This document shows positions 44,710 to 55,258 of a DNA stretch of 64,000 bases, in pieces. This DNA is from Blastocladiella emersonii ATCC 22665 (lineage: Eukaryota; Fungi; Blastocladiomycota). The translations under genes were made by a program, and so were the position numbers. The notes below the pieces were generated by a model, which saw nothing but the letters and a program-made list of their open reading frames with translations, had not been told where the DNA came from and did no database searches. The stretch covers positions 3,534,001 to 3,598,000 of the forward strand of contig JANHCV010000001.1 of the NCBI GenBank assembly GCA_025594325.1, read 5' to 3'. Each line of letters begins with the position of its first letter. Position 1 is the stretch's first letter.

Positions 44710-46464
44710 TCAGAGCTCGGCCTCGTCGACGACGGCGCGCACCATGAGCGCGTCGCGGACGGCCGCCATGACCTTGTGCATGTCGACGACGCCGCGATGA
44801 CGGCGGCGAGCAGCACCCGTCCCCTTGCTCTCCTTCTGGACCGTGGTCACCTCCTGGAGCCGGGCGAGCACGGGCGCAAACGGCGTGACGGGCTCCATGG
44901 CGGACCCGGGCCCGATGCGCACCGTGACGGGTTTCCCGGCCTCGTAGTCGCGCACGAGCTGGAACACGCGCGGGAGCTGGGTCGCCGGGATGTGGATGGT
45001 GAGCGGGACGCGGGCGCGGCCGCTTGGGATCACGAGCCCCGGGTCGGCCCAGTCGCCGACGACGCGCACGAGCGGGTCCGCGTCCAGCGGGTCGGCGGGG
45101 TCGAACACGGGCACCGTGGCGGCGAGCGGGATCTCGGCCGTCACGGGCAGCGGGTTCTTGAGCGTCACGTTCAGGTGCGCAACGTACTCGTCGAGGCCCG
45201 ACGCGCACCACAGCCCCGCGTCGAAGGCGAGCGAGCCGGGCTGGAACGAGAAGTCGGGCACCTTGAGGTGGTAGTCCTCGCGGAACACGGCGGCCACGTC
45301 CACGTCAATGTCGACGGCGAGGTCGCGCAGGGCGCGGCGGACGTGGAGCGGGCGCGACCCGAGCACGACCATGGGCGACCCGACGAACCGCAGCTGCATG
45401 CGCGGCGCGTCCTTGGCGCGCTGCAGGAACGGCGGCAGCCACGACTCGACGAGGTCCGGGTCGAGCGCCACGGTCGTGTCCTCGAGGTGCGCCGAGAACT
45501 GCGGATCGCCGCGGGACACGAGCGGGTGGAACGCGGGAACCGTCGCGGTGCCGATCCACAGGCCGGGCGAGTCGTCGTCGTCACCGTCGTCGCCGTTCTC
45601 GCCGTCGTCATCGCTACCGTTGGAAGGCGGCGGCGAGTCGGCGAGCGCGTCGGCAATGACCATGTCCGCGACACGGTGGCGCTGCGCAGCGCCGTGATGC
45701 GGGCCGTGATGGCAGTCTGGGCACGGCGTCTCGCGACGGGCGAGCGGCGGGCGCGGGCCGAAATGGGCGAGGCGCGCGGTGCCGTGGTACACCTTGCCGT
45801 CAACGACGGGCGCATCGGCCGGGTGCGGAACGGGCGGGAGCGGGTTGCGGAGGTAGATCTGAAAGTCGGTGGCCTCGACGAGGACGCGGCCCTGGAGCAG
45901 GCCGGCGACGCGGCGCCACGCGGCGCGCTTCTGCGGGTCCTGCTGCAGGTGGTCGAGGTAGATGGTGGTGTCGACGTTGGCGACGGGGTCGCCGTCGGGC
46001 GTCCACGCGTGCACGTGGACCCAGTCGATGGACGCGCGCGGGACCGCCCCGCCACCCCCGCCGCCGAGGTCGAGGTCGAGCAGCGACGCGGGCCGCAGCA
46101 CCGCGTACGCGACCAGCGACGTCAGCACCGTCAGCGCCACGGCCGCCGCCACCGTGTACCCGCACCCGCGCACCCACGCCCACGGCACCGCCATGCGCCG
46201 CCGCGCGTACCCGGCGCCCGTCAGCGTCGGGTCGTTGATCGCGTGGTACGTCGCGCCGCCGAGCCGCCGCGCGCCGATGCTGCGCGGGCGCGCGTCGGGA
46301 GCAGGCGACGGCGCGGCAGAGGCCGACTCGGCGGCGCGGGGACCGTCGGCGAAGCGCGCCTTGGCCGTGCGCCGCGCAGGGTCCACGTTCGGGTCGAGCA
46401 GCCGCTTGCGCTCGGCCGCATCGTTCTGGTTGCTGTTGTTGCGATGGTCGTCGTTGCCGTCCAT
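44710..46464 (-). CDS. Type II single-pass membrane protein, Tag1/LEA_2-like vacuolar protein candidate, 584 aa, intronless
   Basis: N-terminal dileucine ERKRLL, one TM (YTVAAAVALTVLTSLVAYAVL), then beta-rich segments SIDWVHVHAWTPDG and LWIGTATVP; strong GC3 codon bias. Confidence 0.55.
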   Translation of the reverse strand: MDGNDDHRNNSNQNDAAERKRLLDPNVDPARRTAKARFADGPRAAESASAAPSPAPDARPRSIGARRLGGATYHAINDPTLTGAGYARRRMAVPWAWVRGCGYTVAAAVALTVLTSLVAYAVLRPASLLDLDLGGGGGGAVPRASIDWVHVHAWTPDGDPVANVDTTIYLDHLQQDPQKRAAWRRVAGLLQGRVLVEATDFQIYLRNPLPPVPHPADAPVVDGKVYHGTARLAHFGPRPPLARRETPCPDCHHGPHHGAAQRHRVADMVIADALADSPPPSNGSDDDGENGDDGDDDDSPGLWIGTATVPAFHPLVSRGDPQFSAHLEDTTVALDPDLVESWLPPFLQRAKDAPRMQLRFVGSPMVVLGSRPLHVRRALRDLAVDIDVDVAAVFREDYHLKVPDFSFQPGSLAFDAGLWCASGLDEYVAHLNVTLKNPLPVTAEIPLAATVPVFDPADPLDADPLVRVVGDWADPGLVIPSGRARVPLTIHIPATQLPRVFQLVRDYEAGKPVTVRIGPGSAMEPVTPFAPVLARLQEVTTVQKESKGTGAARRRHRGVVDMHKVMAAVRDALMVRAVVDEAEL

Positions 46465-46872
46465 GGTGGCGGTGGTCGAGCGATTCTGCTGTTTCGCTGG
46501 CGCTGGCGAGAGCGCGGACCGGAAGCGTCCCTTTCAGCAGGATGGTCTCGCATCCATCGCATCCATCGCGCGCGGGCGGAATCACGGCGGCCGGCGGCCA
46601 TCGAGTCTGGATGACGCAGCAGGCGGGTGGGAACCGACTGCGCATCCCAAGCGTCGGTCAGCGGGTACGGTGCGGTGTGGGTTGCGGCCAGGGTCGGCGG
46701 CGGGAACAGGAGCGGGAGCCTGGCACGGAATCGACGCGTCGCTCACGCGGTCGCCGCGCTTCAGCCAAGCCGACGCGTTCGCTCGCCGAGCCTTGGCCGG
46801 TCCTGCCTCGCAGCCACTCCGCTACCGACTCTTGCAGGGAAACGACAGCGAGTACACCTCCCACTCGCCGCA

Positions 46873-47603
46873 ATGAATCCATATGCATCGCAGGGCAGCC
46901 TCGCGACGACCGGGCCAACGGCGGCGGCGGGGTCCGCGCCGGTGCGGCTGTGGGCGAGCAACGCGGAGCGCGAGCAGGTGGAGAACCTGGCCGACCTGTT
47001 TGCCATCATCGTGACCGTGGACCGGCTCGAGAAGCAGTACATTCGCGACAACATCTCGCCCGCCGAGTACACGCCGGCGTGCACCAAGCTGATTGCCCAG
47101 TTCAAGACGGCGCTCAACCTCGTGCACGACCAGGTGCCGAGCGTCGAGGCGTTTATCAAGGAGTACGGGGTGCGCTGCTCTTGCTGTGTACGCTCTCGCG
47201 ACTGGGCACTCACACCATCTCGCACGCATAGCTCAACTGCCCGCTCGCCGTGAACCGGCTGCTCAAGATCGGGGTGCCGGCGACGGTCGAGCACTCGAAC
47301 CCGACGCGCGAGGCGGGCAACTCGGCCAAGTCGGTGGCCGAGACGGTGCAGCACTTCATCACGCTCATGGACAGCGTCAAGCTCGGCATGGTGGCGGTCG
47401 ACCAGCTGCACCCGCTGCTGTCGGACCTCATGTCGTCCATGAACAACATCCCGCGCGAATTTGACGGCAAGGCCAAGATCAAGTCCTGGCTCATCACGCT
47501 CAACCAGATGAAGGCCAGCGACATGCTGTCCGAGGACCAGGCGCGCCAGCTGCACTTTGACCTCGAGTCGGCCCACACCGAGTTTTACCGCAGCCTGCAA
47601 TAG
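46873..47603 (+). CDS. VPS28: ESCRT-I subunit Vps28, 222 aa. Exons 46873-47169, 47232-47603
   Basis: EREQVENLADLFAIIVTVDRLEKQYIRD, EYTPACTKLIAQFK, GVPATVEH, VQHFITLMD, DQLHPLL, RQLHFDLESAH. Confidence 0.96.
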
Positions 47604-47631
47604 AAGAACACTATGTACATTTATCATCGGT

Positions 47632-47952
47632 CTACTCGCGGCGGTGGAACGGCGTGCCCCTTGGTGCTGATGCGCCGCCGGCAGCAGGGTGGGCGGGGCA
47701 CGGCTGCTTGGCCAGGGCCTCGGCGTAGACAAACTCGGGGGCGCGGGCGATCGGGCGGCCCAGCGCGTCGTAGACGGGCGTCACCTCGACGGCGGGCTGG
47801 CCGCGGCACCGGCGGAACAGGCGCACGAGCGGCACGCACACCACCTCGGCGCGGTGCAGCTCGCACTGGTACTGGATGATCTCGTCGATGACGCAGTCGC
47901 CCGCGAGCTTGGGCGGCGTGTTGGGCCCGTCGTGGGCGTGGTGATGCGTCAT
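47632..47952 (-). CDS. SOM1: Mitochondrial inner-membrane peptidase accessory subunit Som1-like, about 106 aa
   Basis: CVIDEIIQYQCELHRAEVVCVPLVRLFRRC...VEVT matches the Som1 cysteine/QYxC/RLFRRC pattern. Confidence 0.7.
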   Translation of the reverse strand: MTHHHAHDGPNTPPKLAGDCVIDEIIQYQCELHRAEVVCVPLVRLFRRCRGQPAVEVTPVYDALGRPIARAPEFVYAEALAKQPCPAHPAAGGASAPRGTPFHRRE

Positions 47953-48409
47953 GGTCTCTTCTTGAGTGTGCTTCGTGGACTTGCTTTGGGGAAGGAGAGG
48001 ACGCTTGCGCCGGCGCAACAGAGCAAGACGAGAAGAAAGACGACGCGCCTCAGCATCACGTGCGCGATGATGCACGAGCGTCCCGCCCGGCGCGCGCCCG
48101 TCGTCTCGGTCTTCTCCGCCGCCGCCGCCGACGCGTTCGCCAGCGCCGACGAAGCATACGGACACGGCCACTTGCTGCACTGCTCTGCCACCGCGCGCAC
48201 GCGCCCGAACTGCGTGCCACCGACCGGCCCCCTCCCCGTTTTGGATCCCGCCCGAGAGCGCGCGACCACCCTCTTGCACACCGCGCCGCCCGCCGCCAAC
48301 ACTCGCGCGCGCGCCCAACGACCACTACTCGCGCACTCCCTCCCCGCATTGCGTGACTCGCCTACATCCGCCTGCGCCGCGCCGACTACCCTCCACTCCC
48401 TGTACCACC

Positions 48410-49658
48410 ATGTACGCCGGCCTCGGCGGCCAAGACCCGCGGGGCTACGGCCAACCGCCGCAGTTCTCGCAGTACGCCGCTGCCGCCGCCGCCGCGGCCG
48501 CCGCCAACCAGGCCATGGGCTCGCCGCACGGCAGCTACGGCAACCTCATGCTGCCCAACGCAGGCGCCGCCGGCGGCAACGCGGGACCCGACAACGGCGC
48601 GTTCCCGCCCATGCAGTACCCGGGCATGAAGCCGCCAGGCGCGCTCCAGCACCAGCAGCACCAGCAGCACCACGCTCAGCAGCAGCACCAGGCCCAGCAG
48701 CAGGCGCACGCCCAGCAGCAGCACGCCCAGCAGCAGCAGCAGCAGCAGGCGGGCGGCAACGACAATATCATTGACGAGTCGCAGATCTACGCGCTGGTCG
48801 TCGAGATGCTCGACCCGAAGCTGCGCGAGCAGGCGCTGCTCGAGCTCAGCAAGAAGCGCGAGCAGTACGACGACCTGGCGCCGATCCTGTGGCACTCGTT
48901 CGGCGTCATGGCGATCCTGATCCAGGAGATCATCGGCGTGTACCCGCTGCTGTCGCCAGCGACGCTCAGCTCCAACGCGTCCAACCGTGTGTGCAACGCG
49001 CTCGCCCTGCTGCAGTGCATTGCGTCGCACCCCGAGACCCGCGCCCTGTTCCTCAACGCCCACTTCCCGCTGTTCCTCTACCCATTCCTCAACACCACGT
49101 CCAAGGCCCGCCCCTTCGAGTACCTGCGCCTCACCTCGCTCGGCGTCATCGGCGCCCTCGTCAAGAACGACTCGACCGACGTCATCACCTTCCTCCTCAC
49201 CACCGAAATCATCCCGCTGTGCCTGCGCATCATGGAGACGGGCTCCGAGCTGTCCAAGATCGTCGCCATCTTCATTGTCCAGAAGATCCTCCTCGACGAC
49301 ATTGGCCTCTCCTACATCTGCCAGACCTACGAGCGCTTCTACGCCGTCGGCACCGTCCTCGGCGCCATGGTCGCCCAGCTCGTCGAGACCCAGTCCGTGC
49401 GCCTGCTCAAGCACGTCGTCCGCTGCTACCTCCGCCTCAGCGACAACCCGCGGTACGTTTGCTCGACTGACGTGCGCACGCGCGGTGATCACACTCACAC
49501 CTCTCGCGTCTCCCCCATATAGCGCGCGCGAGGCCCTGCGCCAGTGCCTCCCCGAGCCCCTGCGCGACGCCACCTTCTCGTCGGTCCTCAAGGACGACCT
49601 GACGTCGCGCCGGTGCCTCGCCCAGCTGCTTATCAACCTCACCGACAACATGATGTGA
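48410..49658 (+). CDS. CNOT9: CCR4-NOT subunit CNOT9/Rcd1/Caf40, about 392 aa. Exons 48410-49452, 49523-49658
   Basis: [80 protein letters not shown]; N-terminal polyA/Q/H tract. Confidence 0.97.
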
Positions 49659-49894
49659 TCGGGTTCCCCCCTCCCCACCACCATCAACGACGCCGCAACC
49701 ATTCCCTCCTCCTCCCCTCTCTTGTGTAAAGAACCGCTCGCCCTTCCTCTCGCCTTGTCGCTCCATTCGCCGCCATACCTCACCGTCCCGCGCCTCCTTA
49801 GTCCCGCCATTTTCCTCCCACCTCTCTTTCCTCCACATCACCTCACCGTCACCTAACATCCTTATACAGAGCATGATGACTATCTAACCGAGTC

Positions 49895-52881
49895 CTATGA
49901 TTTGAGTAACGACTGGATCGCCACCGACAACAGCGCGCCCATCAGCGTCGCAAACGACGACAGCAGCTCCCGGTTCGCCAGCACGCCAAGGACACGAAGC
50001 CCGCTCACCTCCAGGTCCTCGCGGCAGTTCTCGGCCAGCACCCAGCAGAAGTTGGCCGCACGCTGCATCTCCGACGCGGTCACCGCCGCGGCGGCGGCTG
50101 CGCTTGCGGCCGCCGTGGCTGCGGGTGGTGGGATCCCGGCCGCCGCCGCCGCCGTGTCGTGGAACTGCTGCTGCTGTGCGTGCAGCGCGGCCGACCCGCG
50201 CAGACTGCCCATGGACGTCGGGCCCATGCCGGGCGGCGGGACGAGGAACACGTTGCCGTTCGCGCCCGCGAGCGACGCGTGGCTCGCCGAGACGTGATCG
50301 TGCGCCGCCGCCGCGGGTGGTGCGCGGAGCAGAATCCGCTCGGCGCGCGTCGAGATATCGATCGCCTTCTTGAGCAGCGTGAGCGCGTGCTCCTTGCGCG
50401 CGTCGTTGGCGAGGACGCCGTAGTACAGCGTGTGGGCGATACTCGCGAACAGGTACGCGAGGTTGGCCATGGCGAGGAGCATCCCCGCGCTCGTGTTCAT
50501 CGGCAGGTACTTGAGCAGCAGCAGGATCAGGATGCACGCGACGCCGAGCGCGTACACGATGAAGTACCCCGTGTACACGGAGATGCGCTGCAGGAACCCG
50601 TACCCGTACGCTTGCAGCACCGAGCGGCAGAACCACCACAGCAGCAGGTTGTGCGACCGGTGCATGTCCAGGCGGATCGTGCGCAGATCGACCAGCTGCG
50701 CCGCTGCCGGGTTCACGGACGCCGCCGCCGCGATGCTCCCCGGCAGGCCCGCGTGCGCTGCGTTCACGGCGCGCTTCGCTGTGCTCTTGCCGTCCGGCTT
50801 AGCCGCCGCCGCCGCAGATACCGGCGCGGGGGCTGCCGTGGTCAGCCGAGGCCGCGCCCGCGGCGGCGTCGTCGCGAGCATCGGCTTCTTGGCGAGCCGC
50901 ACGCCCGTCCCGACGTCGCTGCCGTCGGGGTCCGGGTCGGGGTCCGACTTGGCTGCCTCGTCCTCGGCGTCGTTCTCGGCCACCGAGATGAACGGTACGG
51001 GCGGCGGCGGCGGTGGGTGCGCACCTGCGGCGGCCGCAGCGTCGTCGCCGTCCTCCTCGTCAGCGGTCGGCTTGCGCACGAACCCATCGATCAGGATCGC
51101 GTTGAGGCGCATGAAGAGGTAGTGCCGCCTCTGGAAGTCGACCATGCTACAAGATCAGGTCGTGAATGGGTCAGGTCGTGAATGGTGAGCGTTGGTGCTC
51201 GCGGCCGCGGCAACCGAGCCGTACCAGACGATCACGAACGCGAGATTCGACATGACGAGGAAATAACTGAGGCAGAAGTAGCACACCGTGTACACGACAG
51301 CAGTCCACCGCGACCCGCCGAACGGCGAGACGTGCTCGGTGAACCGCGTCACGATCGGGATGATCGAGTAGATGAAGGCTACAATCCCAACCAGCGTTAG
51401 TCGACTGCGCCGCCGCCAACCTCGCTGTGTCGTACCGGACCCGAGGAAGAGGATCGGGCTAGCCTTGAGCTCGTTGCTCTCGTCGACGAGCCCGTTGACC
51501 ACGGCCCACGCCGAGACGCGCGGCACGGGCGGCGGGACTGGCGGCGGGGGCTGCGCCTGTGGCTGCGGGTGGCCTGACGCGAGGAGGTTCCCCGACCCGC
51601 GCAGCCCGCTCCCGCCGCGCACCGTCGGCGGCGACGCCATGGTCGGGACATGCTGCTGCGGCGCAGGCGCGAGCGCGGGCGGGAACTCGCTCGTCGGCGT
51701 GCTCGGTTGCGGCGGCGACCCCGGGCCCGCGCCCGGCCCTGCGATAGGCGACGCGGGCAGCGGCGACACGAGCGCCGTGTCGACGATCTTGTCGAGGAAC
51801 GGGTTGTACCGGTTGTGGATCTCCTGCAGCGCCGAGTTCTCGGACGCACCCGAGACAGCCTTGGGCATGAGCGGGACCGGGTGCGGCGCGGCTGATGGCG
51901 GCGGCAGGGTGTCGGGCGGTACGGCAAAGAACTGGCCGCGCGTCAGGTCGGCCGACTGGCGCGTCGACGCGAGCAGGATCTGTGTCTCGACCAGGTTCTT
52001 GGACGGGTTGATCCAGCCCGTAATGACTACGCGGGAGCCAGGGTGAGTTGGCGGTCGTGCTCGTGTACGGGAGAGAGGGACGTACTCTGCCGTGCCTCGC
52101 GCGCCTCGAGCGGCTCGACGCGCTCCTCCATCTCCTTTTGCTCAAGCGGGCTACATGGCAGCGGTCACGATGAGCTCCACTCTTCGCCGGCCGCGCCACC
52201 AGCGTACCTCGTGAATGCATGCTTGGTTGCGACCACGAGCTGGCGGAACACCCAGAGCCCAACGAGGATCGCCTGCTGCTCAAGCCCAATGTGCTCGGGC
52301 GTGTCGTAGACGTAGATGACACAGCACGCGGTCATCATGAAGAACAGAACCCACTGGACGTAGAACGACCTCGTGTTCCCGATAAAGTCGCGGTTGCGCG
52401 CGCGCAGGCGGCCCGTGTGCGTGAACAGCGTCAACAGGACCACGGGCTGGAAGACGTGGTACACGAACTCGCGCAGAAAGACCCACGGCTGGAAGTAACA
52501 CACGGACAGCGCCACGAGGTACGGGTCCAGCCGCGTCGGATCGACCATGACGTCCTCGTCAAAATCGGAGCGCTCGGGCACGGGTGCCGCACCTGCTGCT
52601 GCCGCCGCCGCCGCCGCGAGATCCGTGTCGAGCAGGCGCCGTGGCGACCGGCGGTTGTGCAGGCGCGTGCGGTGCGCGATGGTCGGGATATACAGCGACC
52701 CGTTGAGTGAGGCGACGGACCCGTTCATGCCGCCGCCGCTGCCCATGCCCGCGGCGCCGCTGATGCTCCCGATCTGGCGCGCGACGCGCTGCACGGTCGC
52801 CGACCCGCGGCGGCCCGCGCTCGCGAGGCTCGACACCGACGCCGCGCCGTGGTCCATGGAGGCGGCGGCAATCCGTTGCAT
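49895..52881 (-). CDS. Multi-pass membrane protein, PHTF/gustatory-receptor-like 7TM ion-channel candidate (paralog A), about 911 aa. Exons 52881-52208, 52150-52086, 52026-51436, 51378-51225, 51146-49895
   Basis: Spliced CDS of 2736 nt is in frame. About 7 hydrophobic segments, two large soluble loops, and a split terminal helix LRVLGVLAN/RELLSSFATLMGALLSVAIQ. Colinear with paralog B. The CDS is firm; the family call is inference. Confidence 0.8.
51155..51185. repeat. Tandem 15-nt duplication (TCAGGTCGTGAATGG x2) in intron 4 of paralog A
   Basis: Exact copies at 51155-51169 and 51171-51185. Confidence 0.9.
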
Positions 52882-53244
52882 CGTGTCACGGCGTCGTCAT
52901 GCGTTCATGGGATGGGGAGCGGGTGGAGGGATCGAAACGATGCGGGGACCGTTGTGACAGCTCCAACTCGGGTGGCGCAACGCGTCAACTGTTTCGAGGC
53001 ACGCCGGGCTAACTCTGGTGCTCCTGCTGGCCTCGCGACGCGAGCCGCGCGAGACATGAGGCGAGGGAGACACGTTTCGGCAGAAGAGACTCAATTGAAT
53101 TTTTACAGGATGGGATGGCATGGGATGGATGCTTCTGCCACTTCAAGGGGAATCAAACACAGACGACAACAGCGAGACCTTGAGCGCGCGGGTCGCGCGG
53201 GAGCACGAGCGCGAGCTTGGCATGGATGTGGCGGCGGCAGCGCC

Positions 53245-53697
53245 TTACTTGTCGCCCATGACAAAGTGCTTGGCCTTCTCGTACAGGCCCTCCTGGTTGG
53301 CGCCCGTGGTGGCGCCCGTGGTGGTGCCCGACGACGACTGCATGCCCGAGGTACCCGTGCCCGTGCCCGACTGCATGCCCGACGTGTCCATGCCCGTCGA
53401 CGAGCGCATGCCGGTGGTGTCCGTGCCCTCGGTCATGTCGCGGATCGAGTCGGCCGCTTTCTGCATATAGCTTTTCTCAGACTCGGGCTCCAGGTGGGCC
53501 TGGGCCGTGTCGGCAGCGCCGCGGGCCTGCGTGCGACGGGGTGATCACGCGTCAGATCACCGTCATGGCCACGGTCGAGGTCGAGGTCGAGCGTCGCGCA
53601 CCTTCTCCTGCATGATCGTCGAGTCGTCCTTCATGCCCTGCGGCATGGCGGCCGCCTTGGCGCGGTCCGAGAGGCTCTGGCGGGTCGTGTCCGACAT
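53245..53697 (-). CDS. HSP12: Hsp12/Hsp9-family LEA-like stress protein, 125 aa. Exons 53697-53602, 53526-53245
   Basis: MSDTTRQSLSDRAKAAAMP...AHLEPESEKSYMQKAADS matches the Hsp12 pattern MSD.GR..l.dKa...P...KS...qPe.eKSy.Q...Ds; upstream TATA box. Confidence 0.75.
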
Positions 53698-53802
53698 GGT
53701 GGTATTGATGCGTAGAGGGTGGGGTGGGTGTGGTGTCGATGCGTAGCAGCTCGAGTGATCCGTCGATGCGAGAGTGGGGATGGCGCGGGGGTCCGTCGCA
53801 GC

Positions 53803-53808
53803 TTTATA
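53803..53808 (-). promoter_or_regulatory. TATA box candidate for HSP12
   Basis: TATAAA on the minus strand about 105 nt before the ATG. Confidence 0.55.
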
Positions 53809-54261
53809 GGTCTCGCTCCGCGACCGACGGCGGGCGGGGAGAGGAGGGCGAGGGAGGGAGGGCGGGCGTGCGCGCCAGCGTGGCACGGCGGCCACGTTGC
53901 CCGCCTCGGTCTGACCTGCTGAGACCAGGGGTGCTGAGACCGCACGGTGCTGCTGCGCGCGTCGAGTTGATGAGGCGGGTGTTCCTGGCCCACCCTGCCC
54001 GCCGGTTCCCGAGCGGGTTCCGCCCGCGTGTGCTGCGCGTTGACGGACCGCGTGGTCGGCTGAGCCACCCTTGCGTGTGCGTTCCCACGCGGCACGCCCA
54101 CATCGGCGATTGCCGTCCATCTGTCCACCACCATCCCATCCATTCGTCCAATCGGGCCACGCATGGGGGTATACGAATGAGTTGGATTGATTGCGGCAGC
54201 AGGACGAGTCTCGGGGAAAATCAAAAGAGCAGCCGGCCCACGCGCGCGCACGCGCCGACGC

Positions 54262-54815
54262 CTACATAATCGTACAACACTTGTTCGGCGACACTTCCCG
54301 CGCCGCAGGCTTGGGCGAGTCGGCCGGCGCCGCGGCCGCGGGCTCGTGCGCCTTGATGACAACGTGCACCACCGTGGCCTCGCCGGGCGTCAGCTTGTGC
54401 GCTACACACGGCGCGCGCGCGCAGCGGGGCGGGGCGTCAGGAACCGTGGCCGTGGCGGCGGAGAGGGAGGGAGCGGGACGCACCTGCCAAGGATCCGGGT
54501 CCCTCGAGGAACCGGCCGCGGAGCAGCAGCCGGATCTGCGCCTGCGCCACGGGCTTCTCGACCGTCAAGTCTACACAGGGGCGGCGGTGGCCGCGCGTCA
54601 GCAGTCGGTCGAGCGGTGCGCCATGCCGACGACGGCGGCAACGCACCTGACGGCCACTCGGCCATGATCCGGCCCGTCACGGAGTCCAGCGTCGCCTCGG
54701 GGTCGAAAATCCACCCGTCCTTGCGCTGCCCGTTCACGAACAGGAGGTTGAGCGCCACCTTGCCCGCGGGCACGGCGGGGCCGGCGGCCGGCGACGTTGC
54801 AGCGGGGTCCGACAT
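54262..54815 (-). CDS. UBL3: Membrane-anchored ubiquitin-fold protein (UBL3/MUB), 131 aa. Exons 54815-54647, 54570-54484, 54401-54262
   Basis: VALNLLFVNG...WIFDPEATLDSV...AEWP, IRLLLRGRFLE, TVVHVVIK, C-terminal CCTIM (palmitoylation Cys + CAAX). Confidence 0.85.
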
Positions 54816-55258
54816 GGCGAGCGTGTAGTGATGTTGCGCCCAGTCCTCGGGTCTGGCGGGCCGAGATGGTGGTTGTGGTGGAAGTGGCGGAGCGGGTCGT
54901 GTGCTCCTAGTTCCAGAGTGATGCCGTGGGATCAATGCGTTGATGCGTAGCAGTGGTGGTGGAGGCGACCATGCAGGCGAGGAGAGAGCGAGGAGACTCG
55001 CGGCAGGTGGGGCCAAGGCCCGACCTTCCCTTCCGAGGCGAGGAGCAGGGCGAGGTGCCTGTGGCGGGCAGGTGACCGAAAGCGCGTCTCCAAAACGCGA
55101 CGCGTCGCGTGGCTGCGAGACGCGAGACGACGACGCGTCGCGCCGCACCGCCGCCTCGAACCGCCTGCGCTGGCCGATCACCCAGGTCCCCCAGCTTCGG
55201 CTGCAGACATGGCCTCCGCTCACCCTTGGCAACTCATGAATGTAATGATACCAACGCC

